A DNA stretch of 57,364 bases from Betaproteobacteria bacterium (GCA_034668045.1 JAXDQC010000101.1:1-57364); one strand, 5' to 3'; positions 20,474 through 28,869 are shown, counted from the stretch's first letter. Program-made: numbers and translations. Notes: generated by a model from the sequence alone, not told the origin.

Positions 20474-21034
20474 TCAATCGCGGCAAAAGACGAGCAGGCG
20501 GTTGTTCGCCGGCATCGCATGGTCCTCGGCGAGCCTGAATCCGCCCTTGCCGGCCAGGGCGACGATCGCCTCCGCATCGCGAATCCCGCTGGCCGGATCG
20601 CGCCCGCGCAGCATCGCGTCGAAGCGCGCGTTGCTCTCGGCGGTGTGCTTGCCGCCGTAGTTGAACGGTCCGTAGAGGCAGAAGGTTTTCACGCCCGGCA
20701 TGCCGCCGACCCCTTCGAACATCCGCTCGACCTGCTGCCAGGACATGATGTGGCAGGTATTGGCGGTGAAGACCGCGTCGGCATCTACCTTCGGGAACGG
20801 CTTGTCGACGTCGAGCTCGATGGCATTCGCCACCCACTGGCGAATGGCGGCCAGGTTCTCCGTACGGTCGCTCGCCTGCCAGACGAGGTGCGGCAGCTCG
20901 GGCGCGAGGTACGCCGCATGCTGCCCCGTGCCGGAGCCGATCTCGAGTACCGATTTGCTTTGGGAGAAAACCTTCCTGAGGACGGCCAGGATCGGCGCGC
21001 GATTGCGCTCGCTCGCTTCGGAGAAGGGCCTCAT
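20474..21034 (-). CDS. DUF938-type class I SAM-dependent methyltransferase
   Basis: SERNRAPILAVLRKVF...VLEIGSGTGQHAAYLA...NRLLVF. ATG at 21034 overlaps the MFS stop (ATGA). The track ORF 20474..22198 is a run-on. Confidence 0.8.
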   Translation of the reverse strand: MRPFSEASERNRAPILAVLRKVFSQSKSVLEIGSGTGQHAAYLAPELPHLVWQASDRTENLAAIRQWVANAIELDVDKPFPKVDADAVFTANTCHIMSWQQVERMFEGVGGMPGVKTFCLYGPFNYGGKHTAESNARFDAMLRGRDPASGIRDAEAIVALAGKGGFRLAEDHAMPANNRLLVFCRD

Positions 21035-22230
21035 GCCTTTCTCAGCTTCCAGGTGACGAGCGGCCCGAGGGCGGCGCCGATGCCGAGCGTCACCCAGGCG
21101 ATGCCCCAGGACCCTCCCGAGACGTCGAGCGCCCAGCCGAACACCACGGGGCTCACGACGCCCGCACCGAAGCCGACTACCGAGCGCAGCGCGTAGGCGA
21201 CGCCGAGGTGGTGCGGCGGCACGCTTTCGGCGAGCACGGTGGAATGCGTCGAGGAGTCGGCGATGCCGGCGAAGTTGTAGACGCAGGCGAGCGCGACCAG
21301 CAGGGCGATCGGCACGGCGATCAGCCAGCCGATCGAGAACGACAGCGCCAGGCTGACGCAGGACCAGGTGAGGATGGTCGGGATGCGGCCCCAGCGATCC
21401 GCCATGGTGCCGCCGATGATGCTGCCGGCGATGTTGGCGAGGTAGGTGAGGCCGGCGAACATGAGCGCGCTCTCCGCCGAGTGGCCCTGCAGCAGCAGCG
21501 CGGCGGTGAGAAACGCGGGCAGCCATGCCCAGAGTCCGAGCAGCTCCCAGTTGTGGAAGGTGTAGCCCCAGATGGAAAGCATGCCGCGCTTGTTGCGCCA
21601 GACCGCGGGGATCGAGGCGAGCAGCGACTCGCCGGCGGGACGCGGATGGATGAAGTTCCGCGTTTCCTTCAGGACGTAGAGCCCGAGTAGCCAGGACATC
21701 ACCGGCAGGCAGGCCACTGCCGTAAGCGCGCCGCGCCAGTCGGTGAAGTTGAGCGCCGCGCCGGCGACCGCGAGGCACAGCGCGTAGCCCGCGCTCGAGC
21801 CGGCGATGAGATAGCCCATGGCGCGACCGCGCCGCTCGCGGCCGACGTGGTCGTTGATCAGCGCCAGCGCCGGCGTGTAATTGCCGCCCTGGCAGAGGCC
21901 GGTGAGCGCATGCAGCCAGAATGCCGACCAGAAGCCGTCGGCGAACAGCACGAAGGCCCACGGGCTCGCGCACGACGCGATGCCGGCGAGGATGTAGGTG
22001 CGCTTGGCGCCGAAGTGGTCGGCGAGGAAGCCGACGATGAAGAGCGAAGTCAGGTAGCCGAGGTGGAACCCCGCCTGGATCATTCCGGCCTCGCGCCCCG
22101 AAAGGCCCCACTGCGCCTGCGTGAGCGGCAGAACGGCCGAGTAGGCGACGAACCAGGTCGCGGCGAGCACCCGGCTCGAGCAGAGCGCCGCTAGCCACGC
22201 GCCGGTCCCAGGATGAAGTGCGCCAAGCAT
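21031..22230 (-). CDS. MFS transporter
   Basis: 399 aa with about 12 hydrophobic segments and an MFS loop motif (DHFGAKRT, GRERRGRAMG). Confidence 0.85.
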   Translation of the reverse strand: MLGALHPGTGAWLAALCSSRVLAATWFVAYSAVLPLTQAQWGLSGREAGMIQAGFHLGYLTSLFIVGFLADHFGAKRTYILAGIASCASPWAFVLFADGFWSAFWLHALTGLCQGGNYTPALALINDHVGRERRGRAMGYLIAGSSAGYALCLAVAGAALNFTDWRGALTAVACLPVMSWLLGLYVLKETRNFIHPRPAGESLLASIPAVWRNKRGMLSIWGYTFHNWELLGLWAWLPAFLTAALLLQGHSAESALMFAGLTYLANIAGSIIGGTMADRWGRIPTILTWSCVSLALSFSIGWLIAVPIALLVALACVYNFAGIADSSTHSTVLAESVPPHHLGVAYALRSVVGFGAGVVSPVVFGWALDVSGGSWGIAWVTLGIGAALGPLVTWKLRKA

Positions 22231-22249
22231 TGGCGCATGTTAAGGCGGC

Positions 22250-23923
22250 CTAGACCGCCTTCAGCAAGGCGATCAGCTGCTGCACGGGCAGCGGCTTGCT
22301 GAAAACGAATCCCTGCATCTGGTCGCAGCCCAGGAGATGCAGCATTTTCGCCTGCTCCTCGCGCTCGACGCCTTCAGCGACCACCTTGAGCTTGAGGGAA
22401 TGGGCCAGGGAAATGACGGTCTGTATCAGGGTCGTGGTATTCGGGTCTTCGAGCATCGAAGTGATGAAGCTACGATCGATCTTCAGCGTTTCCACCGGCA
22501 GCTTGGCGAGGTAGGCCAGCGAGGAGTAACCGGTGCCGAAGTCGTCGATGGCGATCTTGATGCCCAGGCCGCGCACCGCCTTCAGCTTCTCGATATTTGC
22601 TTCGATATCCTGCATCACCAGGCTTTCGGTGATCTCCAGGTCGATCCCCGTTGGAGCGATTCCGCCCAGCACGGCCTCCTCCACCACCCTGACGAAATCG
22701 CGCCGCCGAAGCTGGATCTGCGACACATTCACCGCCACCCGGGGTGCCTGCAAGCCCTGCTCGACCCAGGCGCGGTGATCGAGCGCCGCCCGCCGCAGCG
22801 CCCAGGAGCCGACCTGCAGGATCAGGCCGGTTTCCTCGAGAAGAAAGATGAATTTGCCGGGCGGCACCAGGCCGAGCTCGGGGCTCTGCCAGCGGATCAG
22901 CGCTTCGACGCCGACGATGGCTCGATTCTTCAGCTCCACCTTCGGCTGGTAGTGCAGGACGAATTCCTCCTTCTCCACCGCCTGGCGCAGCTTGTTCTCG
23001 AGCGACAGGCTCTCGGCGATCCGCTCGGTCATTTCCTGGGTGTAGAACAGATATCGCTCGCCGGTCGCCTTGGCCTTCCTGACCGCCGCTTCGGCGTTGC
23101 GCAGAAGCGTGTCGGCGTCGGCGCTGTCGTGGGGAAATAGCGCGATCCCGATACGCGCCGACAGCCTCAGTTCCGCGCCGGCGCTGGTGAAGGGGGCGGC
23201 GAACGTGTCGTCGAGACGCTCCTCGATGCGCCGGCCGACCTCGCCTTCGGTCGCCAGTCCGGGCACCACGATGGCGAAGTGATCCGCACCGATGCGCGCG
23301 ACCCAGTTCGACGGCTGCAGCCCTTGCCGGACGCGGTTGGCAATTTCTTGCAGGATTGCGTCACCCGCCTGGCGGCCGAGGGTTTCGTTGATGGTCCTGA
23401 AGCGCTCGATGTCGAGGATGAGGAGCGCGATCCGACCCTGCTCCCGCCCGGCGTCCTGCAACTGCACCTTGAGCCGCTCGTGGAAGAGCGCCCGGTTGGG
23501 TAGCCCGGTCAGCGGGTCGTAGTACTCGGCGGCCGCCCTTGCGCGCTTGTCCGCCAGGCGTTCCAGCGCTCTTTCGACGGCGGACGAAAGTCGGCCCAAA
23601 CGATCCTTGAGCAGGTAGTCGTCGGCACCCAGCCGGATCGCTTCGACCGCCTTTTCCTCGCCCACGGTTCCCGAGACGAGGATGAAGGGAATTTCGAGCT
23701 TGGCGCGCTTCAGGATCTCGAGGGCGCGCAGGCCGGTGAATTGCGGCAGGTGATAGTCGGCGATCACCACTTCGGGCGACGCGGCGAGCGCGGACTCGTA
23801 CTCGGCCTCCGTCTCGGCGCGCAGCCAGTGGACATCGTAGCCGGCGTCGGCGAAAGCCCGCGCGATGAGCTGCGCGTCGAGCGGATTGTCCTCGACGTGC
23901 AGCACCCGCAATCGCTTTTTCAC
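22250..23923 (-). CDS. response regulator with degenerate GGDEF and intact EAL domains
   Basis: REC (LHVEDNPLD...VIADYHLP...ILVSG...DDYLLK). The GGDEF position reads GADHF. EAL motifs are intact (EALIRW, NVS, EITES, DDFGTGYSS, KIDRSF, EGVE, QGF). Confidence 0.9.
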   Translation of the reverse strand: MKKRLRVLHVEDNPLDAQLIARAFADAGYDVHWLRAETEAEYESALAASPEVVIADYHLPQFTGLRALEILKRAKLEIPFILVSGTVGEEKAVEAIRLGADDYLLKDRLGRLSSAVERALERLADKRARAAAEYYDPLTGLPNRALFHERLKVQLQDAGREQGRIALLILDIERFRTINETLGRQAGDAILQEIANRVRQGLQPSNWVARIGADHFAIVVPGLATEGEVGRRIEERLDDTFAAPFTSAGAELRLSARIGIALFPHDSADADTLLRNAEAAVRKAKATGERYLFYTQEMTERIAESLSLENKLRQAVEKEEFVLHYQPKVELKNRAIVGVEALIRWQSPELGLVPPGKFIFLLEETGLILQVGSWALRRAALDHRAWVEQGLQAPRVAVNVSQIQLRRRDFVRVVEEAVLGGIAPTGIDLEITESLVMQDIEANIEKLKAVRGLGIKIAIDDFGTGYSSLAYLAKLPVETLKIDRSFITSMLEDPNTTTLIQTVISLAHSLKLKVVAEGVEREEQAKMLHLLGCDQMQGFVFSKPLPVQQLIALLKAV

Positions 23924-23932
23924 CTCAAGCGT

Positions 23933-24157
23933 CTAGGGTCTGACGAGGCCATGGCGGATCGCCAGCCGTACCAGGCTGGCGATATCGCTGATTTCGAGCT
24001 TGGCCATGATTCGGCTGCGATAGGTGTGGACGCTCGCCGGCTTGACGCCGAGCGTCGCTGCAATTTCCTTGCTGGTTCTGCCGTCGACCACGAGCTTCAG
24101 GACCTCGCGTTCACGCGCACTGAGCCGGTTCAGCGGCGCTGTCTCGTTTTTTTTCAT
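23933..24157 (-). CDS. LuxR/GerE-type HTH protein (solo, 74 aa)
   Basis: LSAREREVLKLVVDGRTSKEIAATLGVKPASVHTYRSRIMAKL. Paralogous to the C-terminus of the 24270..25445 product. Stop is 9 nt before the REC-GGDEF-EAL start. Confidence 0.8.
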   Translation of the reverse strand: MKKNETAPLNRLSAREREVLKLVVDGRTSKEIAATLGVKPASVHTYRSRIMAKLEISDIASLVRLAIRHGLVRP

Positions 24158-24174
24158 CGCTGCCGAGCGCGAAC

Positions 24175-24193
24175 GATAGCGGGGATCGCTATC
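24175..24193. promoter_or_regulatory. inverted repeat in the leader of the LuxR-solo gene
   Basis: GATAGCG-gggat-CGCTATC (7-bp arms, 5-nt spacer), 18 to 36 nt upstream of the ATG at 24157. Confidence 0.3.
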
Positions 24194-24203
24194 AGTGTCT
24201 GTC

Positions 24204-24259
24204 GTGAAATCTGTACACCGCGCCCGGCGGCGGCGCGCTCGCTGTGGTGAAATCTGTAC
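24204..24259. promoter_or_regulatory. two exact copies of a 13-mer, GTGAAATCTGTAC, spaced 43 bp apart
   Basis: Copies at 24204-24216 and 24247-24259, in the 112-bp gap between the SBP-TM-LuxR gene and the LuxR-solo gene. Candidate operator pair. Confidence 0.35.
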
Positions 24260-24269
24260 GGTCGAGAGC

Positions 24270-25445
24270 CTAGACGCTGGTGATGCGGTGCCGGATCGCG
24301 AAGCGCACGAGAGCGGGGAGATCTTCGATGCTCAGCTTTTGCATGATCCTGCTGCGATAGGTGTCGACGCTGGCGGCGGCGATGCCGAGGCTCGCGCTGA
24401 TTTCCTTGCTCGTCTTGCCGGCAACCACGAGCTCCAGCACCTGGCGCTCGCGCGGACTCAGCCGCGCGAGGGCTTCGCTGCCGGCCTCGGTCCCTTCGGG
24501 CGCGGGCTCCTTGCGTTCGGCCTCCTGCACCTCGACCAGCCGCTGCGACAACGCCTGAAGCTGCAGGGCGGAGGCCTGCAAAGCGGCAGTCTGCTGGCGG
24601 ATCCCTTTCCTCAGCGAGCGATTCCATCCGACCAGACCCGCAGCGAGCAGCATCGCCACGGCAACCGCGTAAGCCCCATACACCAGGTAGCGCGCGCGAC
24701 TATCGATCGTGCGGCCAAACCACTTCTCGTCGATTTTCTTCAACTCGCGCGAGCTGATGGCCGAAAATCCCTCCGACACCGTGCGCAGGTTCGTATCGCC
24801 TTTGCGCACGGCCCGGCGCAGTTCGTCCCGGAAGATCGGCCCCGAATGCCGGAATTCGGACTCGATGCCCATCTTGTTCAACAGATAGAGGGTCGACGGC
24901 GCGTCGGCGACAAAGATGTTGATCTTGCGCTGCCTCGCCGCCTCGACGATCGCATCGTTGTTGGGAAACAGGATCACGGCCGTCACCCCGCTCGCCTTGA
25001 GCTGGTCGATGTGCTGGTCCCCCGCCTTGACCGCGACCGGGAATCCTTTCAGCGACGCAAGGTCAGTGATGCCGGAGATGTCGTTGCGAAAGTAGATCGA
25101 CGCTTCGACGGTGCCATAGGCCGGAGTGAAATCGAGGTAGTCGCGGCGCCCGTGTGTCTCGACGATGCTCTCGATCACGTCGAACTCGCCCGCGCGCATG
25201 CGCCGCAACGCTTCGCCCCAGTCCATCGCCCGGATCTCGACCTTGATCCCGGTTTTCTTTTCCCAGGCCCGCCATTGGTCGATCAGGATGCCCTGCAACT
25301 TGCCATCGTCCGATTGAAACGAATAGGGCGCGTAGGCGTTGTCCAGCACGACCCGGATGGCTCGCGGCGTCTCGACTACAGCCTGCGTGGAGGCGCCGGT
25401 CGCAACCGACGCCAGTAGGAGCACGGCGAGGAAAACGGCAGGCAC
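24270..25445 (-). CDS. membrane-anchored one-component regulator: signal peptide + family-3 periplasmic solute-binding domain + TM helix + coiled coil + LuxR HTH
   Basis: 391 aa. N-terminal signal-like segment; SBP_bac_3-like domain (IRVVLDNAYAPYSF...GILIDQW...FDVIES...FPVAVKAGD...ADAPS); TM segment YLVYGAYAVAVAMLLAAGLVGW; QQTAALQASALQLQALSQRLVEVQEAE; then LSPRERQVLELVVAGKTSKEISASLGIAAASVDTYRSRIMQKL. Confidence 0.85.
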   Translation of the reverse strand: MPAVFLAVLLLASVATGASTQAVVETPRAIRVVLDNAYAPYSFQSDDGKLQGILIDQWRAWEKKTGIKVEIRAMDWGEALRRMRAGEFDVIESIVETHGRRDYLDFTPAYGTVEASIYFRNDISGITDLASLKGFPVAVKAGDQHIDQLKASGVTAVILFPNNDAIVEAARQRKINIFVADAPSTLYLLNKMGIESEFRHSGPIFRDELRRAVRKGDTNLRTVSEGFSAISSRELKKIDEKWFGRTIDSRARYLVYGAYAVAVAMLLAAGLVGWNRSLRKGIRQQTAALQASALQLQALSQRLVEVQEAERKEPAPEGTEAGSEALARLSPRERQVLELVVAGKTSKEISASLGIAAASVDTYRSRIMQKLSIEDLPALVRFAIRHRITSV

Positions 25446-25469
25446 AACCGCATTCTAGTGCCGCGCGGC

Positions 25470-26546
25470 TTACTGCGGAGAAGCCTCGGCCCTCAATGTG
25501 ACGGGGATGCGGCGCGGCCCGAACGGCTTGCCGAACCTCTCGAAGCGGCCGGCGATGCTCGTACTGCAGGACTTGCACGCACCGGCATCGGTCAATTCAT
25601 AGGCGTTGATTTGATACCAGTCGCGCGCGATGACAGGCTTCTCGCACGAGGGGCAGTAGGTCGAGCCGCCGGCCTCGTCGTGCACGTTGCCGGTGTAAAC
25701 GTAGTTCAGGCCCGCGAGCTGGCCGATCTCGCGCGCCCGCGCCAGCGTCGAAGCCGGCGTGCGCTCGACGTCGGTCATCTTCCAGTCGGGGTGGAAAGCG
25801 GTGAAGTGCAGCGGCACGTCGGGCCCGAGGTTTTCGCGGATCCACTTGCACTCGGCCTTCAGCTCCTCGTCGGAATCGTTCTTGCCCGGAATGAGCAGCG
25901 TCGTGATCTCGGTCCAGACGTTCGTCTCCTCGACGAGGTAGACGAGCGTGTCGAGTACGGGCTGGAGATGACCGCCGCAGATCTTCCAGTAGAAGTCGTC
26001 GGTGAAGCCCTTGAGGTCGACGTTCGCCGCGTCCATCTTCGCGTAGAACTCGCGCCGCGGCTCGGCGTGGATGTAGCCGGCCGTCACGGCCACTGCCTTT
26101 ACGCCGTTTTCATGACAGCGGTCGGCGATGTCCATGGCGTACTCGGCGAAGATCACCGGGTCGTTGTAGGTGAAGGCGACCGACTTGCAGCCGAGCTTCA
26201 GCGCCGCCTTGGCGATGGTCTCGGGCGATGCCTCGTCCTGCAGCCGGTCCATCTCCTTCGACTTGGAGATGTCCCAGTTCTGGCAGAACTTGCACGCCAG
26301 GTTGCAGCCGGCGGTGCCGAAGGAAAGGATGCTCGAGCCGGGGTAGAAGTGGTTGAGCGGCTTCTTCTCCACCGGGTCGATGCAGAAGCCCGACGAGCGG
26401 CCGTAGGTGGTGAGGTGCATCTCGCCGCCTTCCATCTTGCGCACGAAGCACAACCCACGCTGGCCCTCGTGCAGCTTGCAGTCGCGCGGGCACAGGTCGC
26501 ACTGGATGCGGCCGTCCGGAAGCGCATGCCACCACTTACCCTTCAT
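25470..26546 (-). CDS. AmmeMemoRadiSam system radical SAM enzyme
   Basis: MKGKWWHALPDGRIQCDLCPRDCKL..., the radical SAM CNLACKFCQN cluster and a C-terminal CPSC...CKSC. ATG at 26546 overlaps the upstream gene by 11 nt. Confidence 0.88.
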   Translation of the reverse strand: MKGKWWHALPDGRIQCDLCPRDCKLHEGQRGLCFVRKMEGGEMHLTTYGRSSGFCIDPVEKKPLNHFYPGSSILSFGTAGCNLACKFCQNWDISKSKEMDRLQDEASPETIAKAALKLGCKSVAFTYNDPVIFAEYAMDIADRCHENGVKAVAVTAGYIHAEPRREFYAKMDAANVDLKGFTDDFYWKICGGHLQPVLDTLVYLVEETNVWTEITTLLIPGKNDSDEELKAECKWIRENLGPDVPLHFTAFHPDWKMTDVERTPASTLARAREIGQLAGLNYVYTGNVHDEAGGSTYCPSCEKPVIARDWYQINAYELTDAGACKSCSTSIAGRFERFGKPFGPRRIPVTLRAEASPQ

Positions 26547-27885
26547 GGAATTTCGCCACCCGGTAGCGGGAGATTCTGCAGCGCGCAAAGCGCGTGTCGG
26601 GGGGCAGGCCGGCCTTTTTCAGCAGCTCGGCGAGGAAAGCGCGCTTGTCGGGGAGCGACTCCCACACCTGCGGCAGGAAGGTCGCGCGGCGGCCGTCGAG
26701 CTCGAGGATGACGCCGTCGACGCCGGGCTCGAGCTGCGCCAGCAAGTCGTCTTCGTCGGCGAACTCCAGCCGCTTGGGCGCCGAGAGCAGCGAGACCTCG
26801 ACCCGGCAGCGCGGCCATTCATCGGCGGCCATGCGGGGAAAGCGCGGGTCTCGAAAAGCGGCGCCGACCGCGTTCTGGGCAACGTCCCTCCGGAGCGGGC
26901 GTGCGGCCTCGAGGCTGCCGATGCAGCCGCGCAGCTGGCCGTCGCGCGTCAGCGTCACGAAGGTAGCGGCGCACTGGTCGAGCCAGGGCGCGTCGAGGTT
27001 CAATGCCTTCTCCTCGAAGAACTCGCTTTCGATCGCATTGCGCGCGATCGCGATCAGCGTCCTGCCCGCGTCGTCGAGCGAGGGCTCGGCGCCCTCATAG
27101 AGTCCGAATGACGAGTAGCCGACCACCCGGTCGCGCCCGCCCGCGGTGTCGCCCGAGTTGCAGGCGGCGAACAGCCTGATCGAGAGATTTTTCTTTCGCG
27201 CCACGGAAAGGAAGCCGTTCAGCGGCGTCGCGCCGCAGGCTTCGTCGTGATCGAGGTCGGTGGCGAGGGCGGAGACGCGCGAGATCGTCGCGCCGTCGAT
27301 GCTGCGCGCCTCGTCGTAGGGGTGATAGTGCGAGAGATCGGTGGAGATGACGATCAGCGTTTCGGGCCCGCCCCAGAGGCGCTCGATCACCTGCGCCACC
27401 TCGGCGACGTTGGCCATGCCGACCGCGAAAGGCACGAGGCTGAAGTCGCCGAGCGTCTTCTGCAGGAACGGCAGCTGCACTTCCAGCGAATGCTCGAGCG
27501 CATGCGCGGCATCGCTCGTGACCACCTGCGGCAGATCGCCGAGCGAGCGCAGCGCCTCGCGGTCGATGGGAATCGAGCCGAGCGGCGTGGCGAACGCCTC
27601 GTCGCTGGTGGCGGCGAGGCCTCGTACCGGCACGCGGTGCACCGGCCCGAGCAGCACCACGCGGCGCACGATGCCGCGCGCCGGGCGCACCGCATCGTAG
27701 GCGCCCGCCGCCACCGCGCCCGAATAGATATAGCCGGCGTGCGGGACGATGATCGCCTTGGGGAAACCGACGCGCGGCGCGAGCGCCTCCGCGCCGCCGA
27801 GCAGGTCATCGACCTCGGCGGCGAGGGAGCTGGCATTGCCGGGATAGAACATGCCGGCAACCGCTGCCGGCCTTACTGCGCCCAT
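26536..27885 (-). CDS. fused AmmeMemoRadiSam system protein B (Memo-like) + protein A (AMMECR1)
   Basis: N-terminal half: RPAAVAGMFYPG...AIIVPHAGYIYSG...EHSLEVQLPFL...STDLSHY (Memo). C-terminal half: FVTLTRDGQLRGCIGSLEA...PRFPRM...VEVSLLS (AMMECR1). Confidence 0.88.
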   Translation of the reverse strand: MGAVRPAAVAGMFYPGNASSLAAEVDDLLGGAEALAPRVGFPKAIIVPHAGYIYSGAVAAGAYDAVRPARGIVRRVVLLGPVHRVPVRGLAATSDEAFATPLGSIPIDREALRSLGDLPQVVTSDAAHALEHSLEVQLPFLQKTLGDFSLVPFAVGMANVAEVAQVIERLWGGPETLIVISTDLSHYHPYDEARSIDGATISRVSALATDLDHDEACGATPLNGFLSVARKKNLSIRLFAACNSGDTAGGRDRVVGYSSFGLYEGAEPSLDDAGRTLIAIARNAIESEFFEEKALNLDAPWLDQCAATFVTLTRDGQLRGCIGSLEAARPLRRDVAQNAVGAAFRDPRFPRMAADEWPRCRVEVSLLSAPKRLEFADEDDLLAQLEPGVDGVILELDGRRATFLPQVWESLPDKRAFLAELLKKAGLPPDTRFARCRISRYRVAKFHEG

Positions 27886-27892
27886 CCGGACA

Positions 27893-28369
27893 TTATCCTC
27901 CGTCGAGCAACTCGAGCACGCCCTCGAGCGCGCGAATCACCGATTGCCTTCGCACGCTCTCGCGGTTGCCTTTGAAGCGCCGCATTTCGCTGCGCTGGAG
28001 TCTTCTTGTCGCCCAGGAAAAACACACCGTGCCCACGGGTTTGGCGTCGCTTCCGCCCGTCGGCCCGGCGATGCCGGTGACAGCGACGGCGATGCGGCCG
28101 CGGCTTTTCTTCAGCGCGCCTTTCGCCATCTCGCGCGCCGTCTCCTCGCTCACCGCCCCGTGCTTTTTCAACGTGCTTTTGCGCACGCCGAGCATCTCCT
28201 GCTTGGCGGCGTTCGAATAGGTGACGAAGCCCCGCTCGAACCAGGCGGAGGAGCCCGCGACCCCCGTCGCCGCCTGCGAGACCCAGCCGCCGGTGCACGA
28301 CTCGGCGGTGACCAGCATGGAGCGGGCGGCTTTCAGTCGTTTGCCCACTTTCGCCGCCAGGGCGTTCAC
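27893..28369 (-). CDS. pncC: nicotinamide-nucleotide amidohydrolase (CinA C-terminal / PncC family)
   Basis: GTG at 28369 (GTGA overlap with the pgpA stop) gives MNALAAKVGKRL...LVTAESCTGGWV...GFVTYSN..K...VAVTGIAGP.GG. The track ORF extends spuriously to 28735. Confidence 0.85.
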   Translation of the reverse strand: MNALAAKVGKRLKAARSMLVTAESCTGGWVSQAATGVAGSSAWFERGFVTYSNAAKQEMLGVRKSTLKKHGAVSEETAREMAKGALKKSRGRIAVAVTGIAGPTGGSDAKPVGTVCFSWATRRLQRSEMRRFKGNRESVRRQSVIRALEGVLELLDGG

Positions 28370-28854
28370 AGGAAGAACCTCTTCACCGCCGCGAGGACGA
28401 TGAGCGTGTAGGCGGCGGCGAGCAGGTCGTCCGCCATCACGCCCCAGCCGCCCTTGAAGCGCGCCTCGAGCCAGCGGATCGGCGGCGGCTTGGCGATGTC
28501 GAAGAAGCGAAAGACGACGAACGCCGCCGCCTGCCAGGCGAAGGTCATGGGAACGATGGCGAGCACCAGCAGGAACGCGACCACCTCGTCCCAGACCATC
28601 GAGCCGTGATCGGGGATGCCGAGGTGGCGGCCGGTGATGTCGCAAACCCAGACGCCGAGCGCGAACAGGACCGCGATCACGGCGAGCGCAATCGGCGTCG
28701 CCAGCGCGGCGCCGACGAGCCAGGCGGCGAGCCACGCCAGCAGCGTGCCTGCAGTGCCCGGCGCCCAGGGCGAAAGGCCGGCGCCGAAGCCGAAAGCGAC
28801 CCAGTGCGCCGGATGCGCGATGGTGAAGCGCAGCGTCGGGCGAAAGACGATCAC
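28366..28854 (-). CDS. pgpA: phosphatidylglycerophosphatase A
   Basis: FGFGAGLSPWAPGTAGTL...DHGSMVWDEVVAF...FRFFDIAKPPPI...GGWGVMADD. Confidence 0.9.
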   Translation of the reverse strand: MIVFRPTLRFTIAHPAHWVAFGFGAGLSPWAPGTAGTLLAWLAAWLVGAALATPIALAVIAVLFALGVWVCDITGRHLGIPDHGSMVWDEVVAFLLVLAIVPMTFAWQAAAFVVFRFFDIAKPPPIRWLEARFKGGWGVMADDLLAAAYTLIVLAAVKRFFL

Positions 28855-28869
28855 GTCAGAGGGCCGTCA

